From Glaucostegus cemiculus (taxonomy: Eukaryota): DNA of 64,000 bases. Below the pieces are notes generated by a model. The model was not told where the DNA came from, searched no databases, and saw only the letters and a list, made by a program, of their open reading frames with translations. Location: positions 5,332,001 through 5,396,000 of the forward strand of contig CDPCPM010000087.1 of the NCBI GenBank assembly GCA_976551045.1, written 5' to 3'. The position numbers were made by a program, and so were the translations under genes. This document shows, one piece after another, positions 41,125 to 53,336 of this stretch (the stretch's first letter is position 1; the number at the start of each line of letters is the position of its first letter).

Positions 41125-44009
41125 AACTGTTCTCCCACTGAAAGGTCAGTCTCTTGATCAGGCTCATTACCCTACACCAGATCAACTATAGCTCCTCCTC
41201 CTCTTGTTGGACTATCTATATATTGATTTCAGAAACCCTCCTGGATACACCTAATAAATTCTGTCCCATCTAAAACTTTTGCGCTAAGGAGGCCCCAGTC
41301 TATATTAGGGTAGTTGAAGTCACCCACTACAATATCCCTATTGTTTTTATACCTTTCCCTAATCTGCTTGTATCTCTGTTCCTCAATGTCCCAGTGGCTA
41401 TTAGGGGATCTGTAGTATAATCCCATCACAGAGTGATTGCACTTTCTTATTTTTGAGTTCTACCCATATAGACTGAGTGGCCGAGCCCTCCATTATGTCC
41501 CATTTGAGTGCAGCTGTGATATTGTCCCTGATTAATAGTGCAACTCCCCTTCCCCTCTTTTACCTCCCTCTCTATCTTTTCTCAAACATTGAAACCCTGG
41601 AACATTAAGCATCCATTCCTGTCCCCCTCTCAACCAAGTGTCTGTTATGGCCACAACATCATAGTTCCATGTACTGATCCATGTTCTAAGTTTATCACCT
41701 TACCCATAATACTGCTAGCATCAATATACACACACTTCAACCTATCTGTCTCATCGTGTCTATTACCTAGCTCCTGCCTGTTCTTACTGGTCATGACATC
41801 TACCTTCCTCTCAATCCCTCCACTTTTTGACCTGGTGCTCTGGTTCCCATCCCCCTGCCAGACTAGTTTAAACCCTCCCGAGTAGCACTAGCAAACCTCC
41901 CGGCCAGGATATTGGTTCCCCTCCAGTTAAGGTGGGACACAGGTCACCCCTGCCCCAAAAGAGATTCCAATGATCCTAGAACCTGAAACCCTGCCCCTGC
42001 ACCAGTTCTTCACCACACATTCATCTGTTCTATCTTTCTATTCCTGCCCTGACTAGCATGTGGCACCAGGTATAATCCAGAGATTACTACCTTGAGGTCC
42101 TGCTTTCAGCCTCTTTCCTAGCTCCCTATACTCACTGTGCAGGACTTCTTCCCCCTTTCTACCTGTGTCATTGATGCCAATGTGCACCACAACCTCTGCC
42201 TGCTCACCCTCCCCTTTGAGAATGTTCTGCAGCTGCTCTGAGACATCCTTGACACTGGCACTCAGGAGGCAACACACCATCCTGGCATCTCTTTTGCAGC
42301 CACAGAATCTCGTCTGGTCCCATCGAGTCTCCTATCACTATTGCTCTACCCAAATTATTCTGTAGCTGTTCAGTGACATCCTTCACCCTAGCACAGTGGA
42401 GACAACATACCATCCTGGATTCAAATCAATGGGCACAGAAACGCCCATCTGCCCCTCAAACTAATGAATCCCCATCACTTTTATTCTCTTATGGTTCTTC
42501 CTCCAGTCTTGTGCAGCCATGGTCCTGACTCTAGCTGCCATCACTCCAACAGTTTCCGAAGGGGAAAATCCATTCGTGAGTGAGATTCCCTTAGAGGACT
42601 CCTGCACTCCCTACTGCCTTCTGTTAGTTTGGCTGGAGATCACCCATCCCCTTTCTGCCTGCCTGTCATTTAGCTGCAGTTGTGACCACTAAACCTGCTC
42701 TCCACAAAGTTCTCAAGTTCACAAAGTATGCAGCACGGTAACTCCAGTTCTGAAACACCGGGCTCAAGCTGCCGCAACTCGACACTTCCTGCCAGAAGTT
42801 AATGTGACTTTCCCAGGGACCATACCCGCCAAGTCCACGTGACTTACCAAACAGTGCAAGCTGTAAACTGCTGTGCAGGAACCACCCTGTGGTTTCTGAG
42901 TCTCACTTTTTAAACTTACAAGCAGTGCCAGCTGAGTCAGCTTAATTCATGATCTCAATTTAAAGGGATTAAAATATACAAATGTGCAGAGTGCCTCTAA
43001 GAACTGGTTTGTATGACATGATACCACATTGGATGTTTCATGGCACCATTATATTCAGACATTACAGTTTAGTCTTCAATATAGGATGGCCTGTTTACAG
43101 CGTGACCTCTCTTTATTTAGTTACACAAGCAGCAACCAAAAGGAACTCTCAGACACAATGCTGACATTTGTTGTGATGCAGGAAATGGCTGTCGAGTTGT
43201 GTCGAGACACAGGATTCTGTATCCACCTTCTGCACCCAAGCAATGCTCACTGTTCGTGTTCTAATAACAGAAGAAACAGAAGTAGGAGGAGGCCATTTGG
43301 CCCTTCGTGTCTGCTCTGCCATTTAATAAGATCATGACTGATCTTTTAATTCAGCACCACCTTCCTGTTCCAACACAATACCCTTTGTTATCCGTAATAT
43401 TGAACAATCTTCAGTGTCTGTCTCAAATATACTCAGTGACCAAGCCCTGGGAAATCTAATTTCCCTTTCCTATCAATTTCTTCGTCCTGCTTTACTGAAA
43501 TCTGAAATGTTCCCATATCCACTCTTCCTGCTCCTTTTGACAACATTACACGCGTTTTCCTTTGATCTAATAGTCTTTACCATTTCTTTTCCTGTTGGGC
43601 TTCTGTGTTTAAAGGGACATATATTTAACTATGTATTACAAAGTTAAATGTTAACCACTGCTTATTTAGTGTTACACATTTTGGTTTCCCAGTTTACCAT
43701 AGCCAATTCATGCCTTGTACTGCATGATTAGTTTGTTTAGAGTTAAGACCTGGTTTCAGATCACTTGTAATATTCACATAAAATTCTACCATATTATTCT
43801 GTACCCTAACACAACACACACCTGTCTCCATGATCCCAATATGGCTAAAAGCTTGTCTCCTGTATTCTAACGCAGGTTAACAGCCATGTCCTGCTCCCCA
43901 ACATGGCTCAGTACCTGTTCCCTGTACCCTAACATATATCTATAGATGTTGACCTGCATCTATAGTGCAAGATGGCAGCAGAGTATGACGACACGTCGCA
44001 AACTGCTCT

Positions 44010-44278
44010 CTACAAATCTGCTCATTACCCTTATTATAATCGTTCACGATCCAACTTGTTGTGACCTTGCACCTTATTGCACTGCACTTTCACTGTAGCT
44101 GTGACATTTTACTCTGTACTGTTATTGTTTTTACCTGTACTACATCAATGCACTCTGTACTAACCCAGTGTAACTGCACTGTGTAATGAATTGATCTGTA
44201 CCATCAGTATGCAAGACAATTTTTTCACTGTACCTCAATACAAGGGACAATAATAAACCAAAACCAATACCAATACCC
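44010..44278 (+). mobile_element. LINE 3'UTR fragment (Rex1-like); a second copy lies at ~61065-61315
   Basis: Near-identical gcaccttattgcactgcac...caataataaaccaatacca in both places. Confidence 0.7.
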
Positions 44279-44359
44279 AACATGGGTCAGTTTCTATTCT
44301 GTATCCTAATGCATGCCAGAAGGAAATGAAATTGTGGGTGGGATCACGCTTGAATCTTT

Positions 44360-44772
44360 CCTTCCTGAAATAAAACAAAGTGCTAAAAACTCTCAGTAGG
44401 TCAGGCATCATCTGTAGGAAGAGAAACAGAGTTAATGTTTCAGATCTGGGATCATCAGAGCTGGAAAAGATCGAAAAATGTTAGCTTTCAGCAGCAGAGA
44501 AATTGAGAGAGGGATGTGTGGAACAAAGGGAATATCTACGATAGGATGGACCAGTGATGCATATTTTGTACTTTTATCTGTGTAACATATGAGACTGCCA
44601 GAAATGCCCAGCAGGCCAAATTATGCAAACAGTAAAGGAAAACTGAGCCAAAATAGTAAGAGCCAGATAGAAAGAGTTGGAAAAACCAATGTTGAGTCCA
44701 GGAGGCTGAATCATGCCCAGATGGAAAATGAGGTGTTTGTTGTTCTTCAAGCTTGCATTTAGCCTCATTGTA
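44360..44772 (-). mobile_element. Penelope 3' fragment and pseudo-LTR
   Basis: KHLIFHLGMIQPPGLN on the minus strand; ctcagtaggtcaggcatcatctgt pseudo-LTR motif. Confidence 0.7.
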
Positions 44773-46140
44773 ACAAACTCTGTCCTTCCCAATACTGAGC
44801 TAATCAGCAGCAGGAATCTCTCCAAATATGGACTTTGGGAATTCTGTTGAACTCCTTTTAAAGAACTTGCTGGTGGGTTTGGAGAACTAAAAAAATTTCA
44901 GTTCCTCAGGGAAGTTTGACAAATGTAATCATTTCTGGAAGGTCCATGTTATTATGCATCCAGCAGTGAAACTGTACATATGCCTGGTAACATGGACACA
45001 GAATGGCTCCCTGCCCACAAAGCATGAGGATCCGCAATGGAGACTGAGGAACATGCACGAGATAAGGATGATTCTGCACAGTGAAAGAGTTAAAAGGTTT
45101 GCTTGGATGAATGGCGATTAACTGAAAAGTCGACGTTTTGGAGCTAAGGCTTTGTAACACTGAATATTCTCGTGCTGATGAGTTGGACCTGCCTGCAGTA
45201 AATAGTCAGCAAAATGCAGCCACTTTTAATTAAAGATTTATTTTCATGTTATCTCGAAAGGGCATTTGTTAAATGTCACTTTGCTTGTTGGCTTTAATCT
45301 TGTTTTTATCTTGCGTACATGGACCAGTTATCAACTCCTCTTTCTTATTGAACAACAGAATGACATTTTGCTCAGTCATAGTACAAATGTCACAGAGCAG
45401 CAACTATGAAGAAGCGATAAGGACCTAAGTTTGAATATGGTTACTCACTACATTCAGTACTGAGATTTTCTTGCTGCGTGGGTTTCTTCACTCCTTCTGA
45501 AATGCTGCTGCAAATCTGGGGAAGATTAGGAAAGCACTGTATCCCAGAGAAGTTCAACACCTTTCGGAGAGGGAACTGTATCCCAGGGAAAGTTAGCACC
45601 TTCTGGTGAGGGATTTTACCCCAGGGAGAGTCAACACCTTCAGGTGAGGGAACTATACCCTAGAGGTCAACGCCTTCAGGTGAGGAATTTACCTCAGGGA
45701 GAGTCAGCACCTCAGGATCCATTTGCTGAGAGGTACTGGCCCTCATGGATCATTCACTGCTTCCTGTTTAAAGGTGTGAAATTAAAGATTGAGCACCTAA
45801 TTAAGTTGATGAATCCTTTTGTCGGAAAAGGACAAAAGCCATTCTGTGTCCACATTACCAGGCACATGTACAGTTTCACTGCTGGATGCACAATAATATG
45901 GGCCTTCCAGAAATGATTACATTTGTCAAACCTCCCTGAGGAACAGAAATTTCTTTGGTTCCCCAAACCCATCAGGGAGTCCTTTAAAAAGAGTTCAGCA
46001 AAGTTCCCAAAATCCATATACGGAGATTCCTGCTGCTGATCGGCTCAGTATCAGGAAGGACAGAGTTTGTTACAATGAGGCCAAATGCAAGCTTGAGGAA
46101 CAACAAACACCTCACCTTCCATCTGGGCATGTTTCAGCCT
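44703..46140. repeat. Long inverted repeat: arms 44703-45008 and 45837-46140, spacer ~830 bp
   Basis: Manual alignment gives ~31 substitutions plus one 2-nt indel over ~305 bp (~89% identity). Confidence 0.92.
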
Positions 46141-47262
46141 TTTCTAACTTGTTGATAATAATCTAACCGCTCCACTAAGTCGAACAGATATCAAGATATT
46201 ACAGGAAGGCCAGTGGTTTTAAGCAAGTAATCAGAGTTCACAATAGAAGTTACTCATCACCCATCCCACCCCACACCCCTTCCTGAATGTATTTCTGTTC
46301 TCATCTTGAATCTGGAAACTCTAAGGCAATAATCTGTCAACTGAGCAGATTCTGTCAGCTTTCCCTCACCAGACCAGCAGTGCACAGCTCCAGTAACCAA
46401 CAATACAAGACATGAAAGCTGCATCCTGTCTCCCATGCAAGAGAGAGGGGAGAAAGTCTGTGTGTGTATGAGTGAGATGAATCAGTTTGCGAACTGAGAT
46501 AATGGGGAACAAAATTAGATAGCAGCAGCTAGCAATAGTGAATCTTCTATTTGATGTAAATTACTACAGAGGGAGATTGAACTGGATAATTGACTGGCAA
46601 TCACACATTGTCTCTTGCTTGTTGCCTATCAGGCATTTGCTGCCTGTCAGTTGCTCACAGTATGTCTGTTGCTCACTGTCTGTCAGTTACTCACTGTCTG
46701 ACTGTTTGTTGCCTGCCAGTCACCTGTGCCTGATGTTACACAGGAGTGACTCAGGTGCCAGTCCGCTTACTCTGACCACTCCTTGTAGAGCTGTGGTAAG
46801 CGTGACTTGCAGACGTTGACAGCGGGATTTCTGGGGGACAAAAAGAGAATGGACAACCTGGAAGGCCCTAAATCATCTCTGTTGCCATCAGCTGGTCAAG
46901 AGCCAATGTGGTGAAATGGGGTTGTAATTGCATTGAGGTGTAGACTGTGCAACACTTGTCAGTCTGACCACTGCTGAGGCCAACTTGCCAGCATTATCTT
47001 TTGCCCAACAACAGAAATATCTCTGACCTTGTTGGATGGATGCAAAACGAAATCACTGCTGCCCGTTAGTCATTCAGTTCCTCTCTCAGTTACTGCTCAT
47101 CAGTTGTTTCTTGTTTGTTAATAGCTTCCTGTTCTTCACTTACCATCTGTCAATCATTGATTGCCAGTAAGTAGCTCACTGCCTGTCCCCCACTTGCTGC
47201 TTGTCAGTCACTCATTGTCTGTTAGAGTCAACATGCAATACAGCATGGAAACAGGCTTTCTT

Positions 47263-47369
47263 CTTGGTCAGCATGGAGGAGTTGGGCCAACTTCTCCATG
47301 CTGACCGAGATGCTCCATGCTGACCGAGATGCTCCATGCTGACCGAGATGCTCCAGGCTGACCAAGATG
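47263..47369. repeat. 23-bp-arm hairpin plus 4 x 19-bp tandem repeat at a CR1 3' end
   Basis: cttggtcagcatggaggagttgg g ccaacttctccatgctgaccgag, and (ctccatgctgaccgagatg) x4. Confidence 0.85.
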
Positions 47370-48984
47370 CCCATCTAAGCCAATCCCACTTGCCTAATAT
47401 ATCTCTAAGTTTTGCCTATGTACCTGCGCAAGCAACTTTTAAATGTTTTTACTGTACCTGCCTCAACCATTTCCTCTGGCAGTTCATTCCATACATGCAC
47501 TGCCCTCTGATGCCTTTTAAATCTTCCCTTGTCACCTTAAGCCTATGCTCGCTAGTTTTTGATTCCCTTTGCATAGGATTACTCTATGGCTCTATGAAAC
47601 ACTGTGCTACTGTTAGTAGTTCACTGCCTGTCCTCCCTCACTGCATCAGTCGTTCACTGCCAGTTCCCTACTCATTATCTATCAGTCATTCATTCCCTTT
47701 CCCCTGTTCACTGCCTGTCAGTGGCTCATTACCTGTGAATATCTCGCTGTCCAACTCTTGTATGTGGACTTTTGCTGTCTCCAGCTGAGTGTCGCAACTG
47801 AAGGCTAATTTTTGCTCTTTATACCTGCCTCTCTGAACTTTTGGAGAGAGAACAAGCTCTTCCCCAAGTCAGCTTCTTCCTTGTACCCCCTCCTGCCATC
47901 TTCTCTTCTGCCTGTTCTGCCTCCAGTATAACACCTGAAGGGTACATACGGCAGAAGGAAGTCTTTCCATCCATTACCTCCCGAACCTCCATTAATTACC
48001 TAGAATCCTTTTTCCTTCATGTTCATTCACCTTCCCTGAAGTGCATCCATACCAAGCCTACTGCCAAAACTCTCAACACAACAGCAAAGAGGAAAGGATT
48101 TCCTCCCTTGGCTGCAGAATTCTTGTCCAACAGCTGAAAGTAAATGTCTGATTTACATCAGTCAATGGACAGTGTGGCTGCAGATCCAGGGAAGGTGCCA
48201 GAGGCTTTCTGTATCCACAGAACCTTATTGGCCAAATCTCATCAGCTCGTACTCACCACTTGGACCTGTTTCAGGCTCTGATGCCAACCACCTACAGTAG
48301 ATAAGAAGACAGTCCAAAGGCACTACTCATTGCACTGACTTAGAAGAATGGTAAAAAGTACATAACTTGTCCTCAGCCAGCACAGGCTCTGCTGACTTCA
48401 GCTGTTGTTAAAGCACCTGAGCGCTAAAATTCCAGAGTGGTGAGAATGTGGAATTCACTGTCACAAGGAATGGTCAGGACCATGACCAGAGATGTGTTAA
48501 AGAGAAACTAGATAATTACATGAGGAACAATGGAATAGAAAGTTATGATGATATAACAGAGTGGAACATCAAGACTAACATGAACCAGTTGGGCCAAATG
48601 GCTTTGGTATACTAGATAATATGTGTGTGCAATGAGCGTCTTCATTGTTGGCAGAGTTGGCAGATGACGAGATTTCTGGTAGAGTGGTGGTTATCAGGTT
48701 GACACATACAAATTGACTGGAATTCATTCACAGGAAAAGGCTTTCATCACAAATTGTTCTTCAATGTTCAATCTTAGATCAATTGCTGAGTCTGCCTCCG
48801 TCATAACAGATGTAGCAATTCATTAATGAGATGACTCAGTTCAAAAAATCCATACTGAGATTCAAGTGCAAACTTACATTGCCCAAAACTATATTCCCTC
48901 ACTCACACTTGCTCTTTCTCCCTCTCTCTCCCTCTGTTTGCCTCTTTTTCCCCCTTCCGCTCTCTCACAGGAGTAGTCCAAAAA

Positions 48985-49480
48985 ATATGTTTGACACCAA
49001 GACGGAAAGAGGGATATTGGGCCAGGCAGGTTTCATGGAACATCTTAAAGGAGGTAGAGGGGAGAGGTTTAAGGAGTGAGATTCAGAGTTAAGGCCCTTA
49101 CAGCTGAAGGCATGACCTCCTATGGTAGCACAACTAAATTCCAGAATGACAAAGTATTCAGAATTAGAGAAATGCAGAGATTGAAGGTCATAGGATAGGA
49201 GGAGATGACAGAGACAGTCAGGGATTGTTTGGCACTTGAAAAGAGGATGAGAATGTGAAAACTGAGTATAGGGAACCAGTGTAGGTCAGTGAGCCCAGTG
49301 GTAGCAGGAGAATGGGTCAATGTGACATAGGACAAGGGCCACATCATTTCAGATGATGTTTTACAGCAAGCAGGGTGATGGAGGTGAACCGGGAGTACAC
49401 CTGAATATTCATGTCTTGAGGTAACAGACACAGATGAAGGTTTCATCAGAAGAATAACCAAGGCAAATTCAGAGCAAGCA
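48985..49480 (-). mobile_element. L2-like LINE fragment
   Basis: Minus-strand LTDLHWFPI resembles the L2 LHWLPV motif. Confidence 0.45.
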
Positions 49481-50194
49481 ATGTTATTGATTGGTAATTT
49501 TTATGACTGCATCAAACAAATGACCACTTCTTGGGCTCATTTATGACACCAAGTGATTCTGAAGATGATCTGTTGGAGAACAGTGTATCTAAAATCAAAG
49601 CTGAGAATATTGTAAACATACATCGGGTCAGCACCAACTGTGGAGCGAGAAAAAGATTTAACATTTCAAGTCCATGACCAATCATCATCGGGTAGTTTGT
49701 GCAGAGCAGCAGGTCAGGCGGTCAGGCAGCCTGCGTGTTAGAATGACCTGGCAGGCAGCCCTTTCATTTCAGGTTAGGACACTGTTGGATTAGGGAAATA
49801 ATTGAGGAGCTAACAATCTAAATATAAAGATCGTACATGACTGACAGAGTGGCGATAATGAGGGAGTGCTGCACTATGAGGAGCAGTATTGGGGGCTGTA
49901 CTGTTTCAGAGGGAATACTGAGGGAGTGCTACACTGTCAGTGTGTCAGTACTGATGGAAGGACATAACATTAGATGAACAGTACTTAGAGGGCTCTGAAA
50001 TTTTGTAGGAACAATACTGTGAGAGTACTTGTCGTATCAAAGGACCAACACGGATGGAGCAGTACACAGTGGGAAGGGCACTGGGAAAGTGCTGTACTGT
50101 GGAAGTGGCAGGATGGAGGGAGTATTGCAACAATCGGTGATAGTTCTGAGGAACCATACAATTCATTTACAGGACATGTTTTTTATTGTTCTAA

Positions 50195-51930
50195 AATAAA
50201 AGCATGCTGGAAACACTCAGCAAATCAGACAGCAGTTGTAGAGAGAGAAACTTTGTTAGTATCTCAGGTTGATGACGATAGGCTGTCACAAACTGAAAAG
50301 GCTAGTTACCTGAATCTGTTGAGCTCAGCATGAAGTCCCGAAGACTGTACTGTGCCTAGTTGGAAGCTGAGTTGTTATTCCTTGAACTTATGCTGGGCTT
50401 CATTGGAACAGTGTAGGTGGCAAAGGCACAGAGCTCAGAGTGGTACACACTAGAGAAACAAAGGACTGCAGATGCTGGAATAGAACCATAGAACAATACA
50501 GCACAATACAGGCCCTTCAGCCCACCATGCTGTGTCGCCCTGGATAGAGTGTGGCTTTCTCTACATTGGCGAGGCCAAACACAGACTATGTGACCATTTC
50601 GTAGAACACCTCTGCTCCATCCGTAATCGCAATCTGCATCTCCCTGTTGCCAGTCGCTTCAACTCCCCTTCCCACACTATCACATATCTGATATGACAGT
50701 CCTCGGCCTCCTCCTAAATGAAAAATACTCACTATCTAGATGATTCTCAAGTAATGAACACTCAATATCAAAATCTAGATGAAAAACACTCAGCAGGCCA
50801 GGCAGTATCCATGGAGAAAAGCAGGCAGTCAACATTTTGGGTCAGGACCCTTCTTCAGGACTGAAGAGAGTAAAAGGGAAAGCCCAAAATACAGGAAAAG
50901 CAGAACAGTGATAGGTGGACAAAAGAGGGGAGGCAGGGTGGGCACAAGGTGGTGATAGGTAGATGCAGGTAAGAGATAGTGATAGGCAGGTGTGGGAGAG
51001 GAAGGGAGAGCAGATCCGCCGGGGTGGAAGGTAAGGAGGAAAAAAAAGGGGATAGAAAAAAAGAGAGAGAGGCTGGGAAAGGGAAGAAAAGGTATAGGTG
51101 GTGGGGAGATGTGGGGGGGTGGGGAGGGGTGTAGGGATTACTTAAAGTGGAAGAATTTCATGTTCATGCTGTTAGGCTGCAAGTTTCCAAGCTAGAAAAT
51201 GAGGTGCTGTTCCTCCAGATTGCACTTGGAATTCTCCTGGCAATGGAGAAGGCCAAGGGCTAACATATCTGTGATAGTTTGGGAGGGGGAGATGAAGTGA
51301 CTGGCAATGGGGAGATGCAGATCGCGGTTACGGACAGAGCAGAAGTGCTCTGCGAAATGGTCATATAGTCTGTGTTTGGTCATGCCAATGTAGAAGAGGC
51401 CACACTCTCTCTACATGGAGCACCAAATCCAGTAGATGATATTAAGGGAAGTGCAGGTGAATCTCTGTCTCACCTGGAAGGACTGTTTGGGTCCCTGGGT
51501 GGAGGTGATGGAGGTGTAGGGACAGATGCTGCACCTATGGCGGGGGGGGACAGTGGGAAGTTCCCGGGGTGGAAGCGGGGTGGGTGGGAGGTGAGGAGTG
51601 AACTAGGGAGTCGCAGAGAGAGTGGTCCCTTTGAAAGGCAGAAAGGGGTGAGGTGGGGGGAGATATGCTTGGTAGTGGGGTCCCATTGGAGGTGGCAGAA
51701 GTGGCAGACAATGTGTTGAGGAAGTGGCAGGGTGATGGAGTCATAGGTGCTTCGTTGCTCTCTCCAACCTTCCCGCTTCTCAACAACTTATAACATACTT
51801 GATTCCTAAATGTGCTCAGTTCTGATGTAAGGTCATCGATCTGAAACATTAACTCAGTTTCTCTCTCCACAGAAGCTGACCTGCTGAGTATTTGCAGCAG
51901 ATTCTGTTTCTATTACCAGCACCTACAGTG
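50195..51930. mobile_element. Cluster of Penelope-like fragments in both orientations
   Basis: HRLYDHFAEH...LEEQHLIF GIY-YIG remnant; inverted copies at 50546-50714 and 51245-51408; hammerhead-like motif at 50826-50863. Confidence 0.85.
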
Positions 51931-53006
51931 TTGTGCTATTTGTCTGTTCCCCCTGAACCTTATGATCTGCAGAGCACTACAAATTCCATCGCTGTGTGTG
52001 TGGTGTGGACTAGCTGAGGACAGCAGGTTCCCTTGCTTAAAGGGCATTACTGATACCGAACTGTTGGTTTGTGCCATGAACTGTTGGTTTTACTGTCAGG
52101 GTTACTGATACTTCATTAATGGAATTAAATCTTCCAACTTCTATGGTGGGAATGAACTAGTATCTCTGGACAGAAGCACAGGTTTCTGGCAAACCACGGA
52201 ACACCATATCCCTTTTTGAATATCTGTAGTAGAACCACTGCAGCACTGAACTTGAGTGGTGACTGTGTGGAATTTGCACATCCTTATTGTGGGCACATGG
52301 GTTTCCTCTGGGTGCTCTGGTATCTAAGTGCGGGGCGGGTAGGCTGCAAATTGCCCTGGTGTGTCGGTTAGTGGTAGAATCTGGCGGGGGGGGGGGGGGG
52401 GAGGGATTTGGTGAAACTGTGGGGAGAGCTGGTATAAATGGGTAGTTGATTGTCAGTGGGCTGAAGGGCCTGTTTCTGTTCTGTGCAACTATGATTCTAT
52501 AGAAATGTCAGTATGTGGACTCCATGTGAGTGTGCGAACATTGAGAAATATTACAATCAGCCCAATTCCCCTGCCCAGTGACGGACACTGAACTCGGTAT
52601 GAGGATAGAATTGAAGCTTCCTCAACAACCCATCTCACATGCAATGACTGTTCCTTGCCAAAATGTGAACAGGAGATTTGGAGCTTCAAACAAAAGTGAG
52701 AAGATTCAGAGAAAGTTTTAAACAAAAGCTTGTGATAAAATGTATGAGGTGAGTGATAGGGTTTGACAATTATAACAACACATCCGTTCTAAAACATTCT
52801 GCTTTGTGCGTGCTTGGTGAAAATGATTTTTTTTAATTTCTTGTTTGATAAGTTACAAAGGAGACGTGTGCTTAGTATGAGGCACACAGTGTGTTGGTCT
52901 CTGCCTCATTCCCCAAGACCTTTACATTGCTCCTGACACCACTCATTAAACTATCAGTCTCCTGTCGTGTGTTGTGACTGCTCTATAATTATGTCTCTTT
53001 ATCAGA

Positions 53007-53027
53007 TATAAACAAGGGTTTAAATAG
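53007..53027 (+). promoter_or_regulatory. RLN3 TATA-box candidates
   Basis: TATAAA at 53007 and TTTAAATAG at 53019, 135-155 nt upstream of the ATG. Confidence 0.5.
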
Positions 53028-53076
53028 AGCCAGCTCCAAGCAAGGAGAGCACAGACAGAGTCTCACACCACAACCA

Positions 53077-53151
53077 GTAAGACTCGTACTCCCTCTTGCT
53101 CTCGCTCCTGACTCGCTCACTCTCTTGCTCTCTCCTCTTCTCTCTTCTCAG
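53077..53151 (+). other. RLN3: Probable 75-nt 5'UTR intron of RLN3
   Basis: CA|gtaaga donor, ctgac/ctcac branch candidates, a ~30-nt pyrimidine tract, and ctcag|ACATCAGGCCATG. Confidence 0.55.
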
Positions 53152-53161
53152 ACATCAGGCC

Positions 53162-53336
53162 ATGCAGAAGCTCTGGTTCACCCTGGCTGTCTGGCTGCTC
53201 ATCCCGGACTCCCAGCTGGAAGTGGAAGCTCGGAATCCCAGTCTAGGTGTCAAACTCTGTGGGAGAGAGTTTATTCGGGCGGTCATCTTCACCTGCGGAG
53301 GATCCAGATGGAAACGGACTGAAATAAGCCTGCCAG
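53162..53336 (+). CDS. RLN3: Relaxin-3 coding exon 1: signal peptide, B chain (RNPSLGVKLCGREFIRAVIFTCGGSRW), KR site, start of C peptide
   Basis: B chain near-identical to vertebrate RLN3, with the RxxxRxxI receptor cassette; donor CCAG|gtaaga in phase 1. Confidence 0.95.

Larger units (their letters stand above)
38655..42850 (-). mobile_element. Near full-length decayed CR1: ORF1 (ZF/leucine zipper, SGNH esterase), APE endonuclease and RT, with a nested SINE and LTR
   Basis: AIVIGDSM and VVVHIGIND (esterase), YYRSPNS...VVGDFNYPNIDW (APE), NYRPASLTSVLGK, VDVIYVDFSEVFDRV, LEYCIQFW. Confidence 0.88.

Noticed and set aside
53096-53161. N-terminal extension of RLN3 shown in the ORF track
   Set aside because: Starts at TTG within a pyrimidine tract (probable intron); the real start is the ATG at 53162, which begins the signal peptide.
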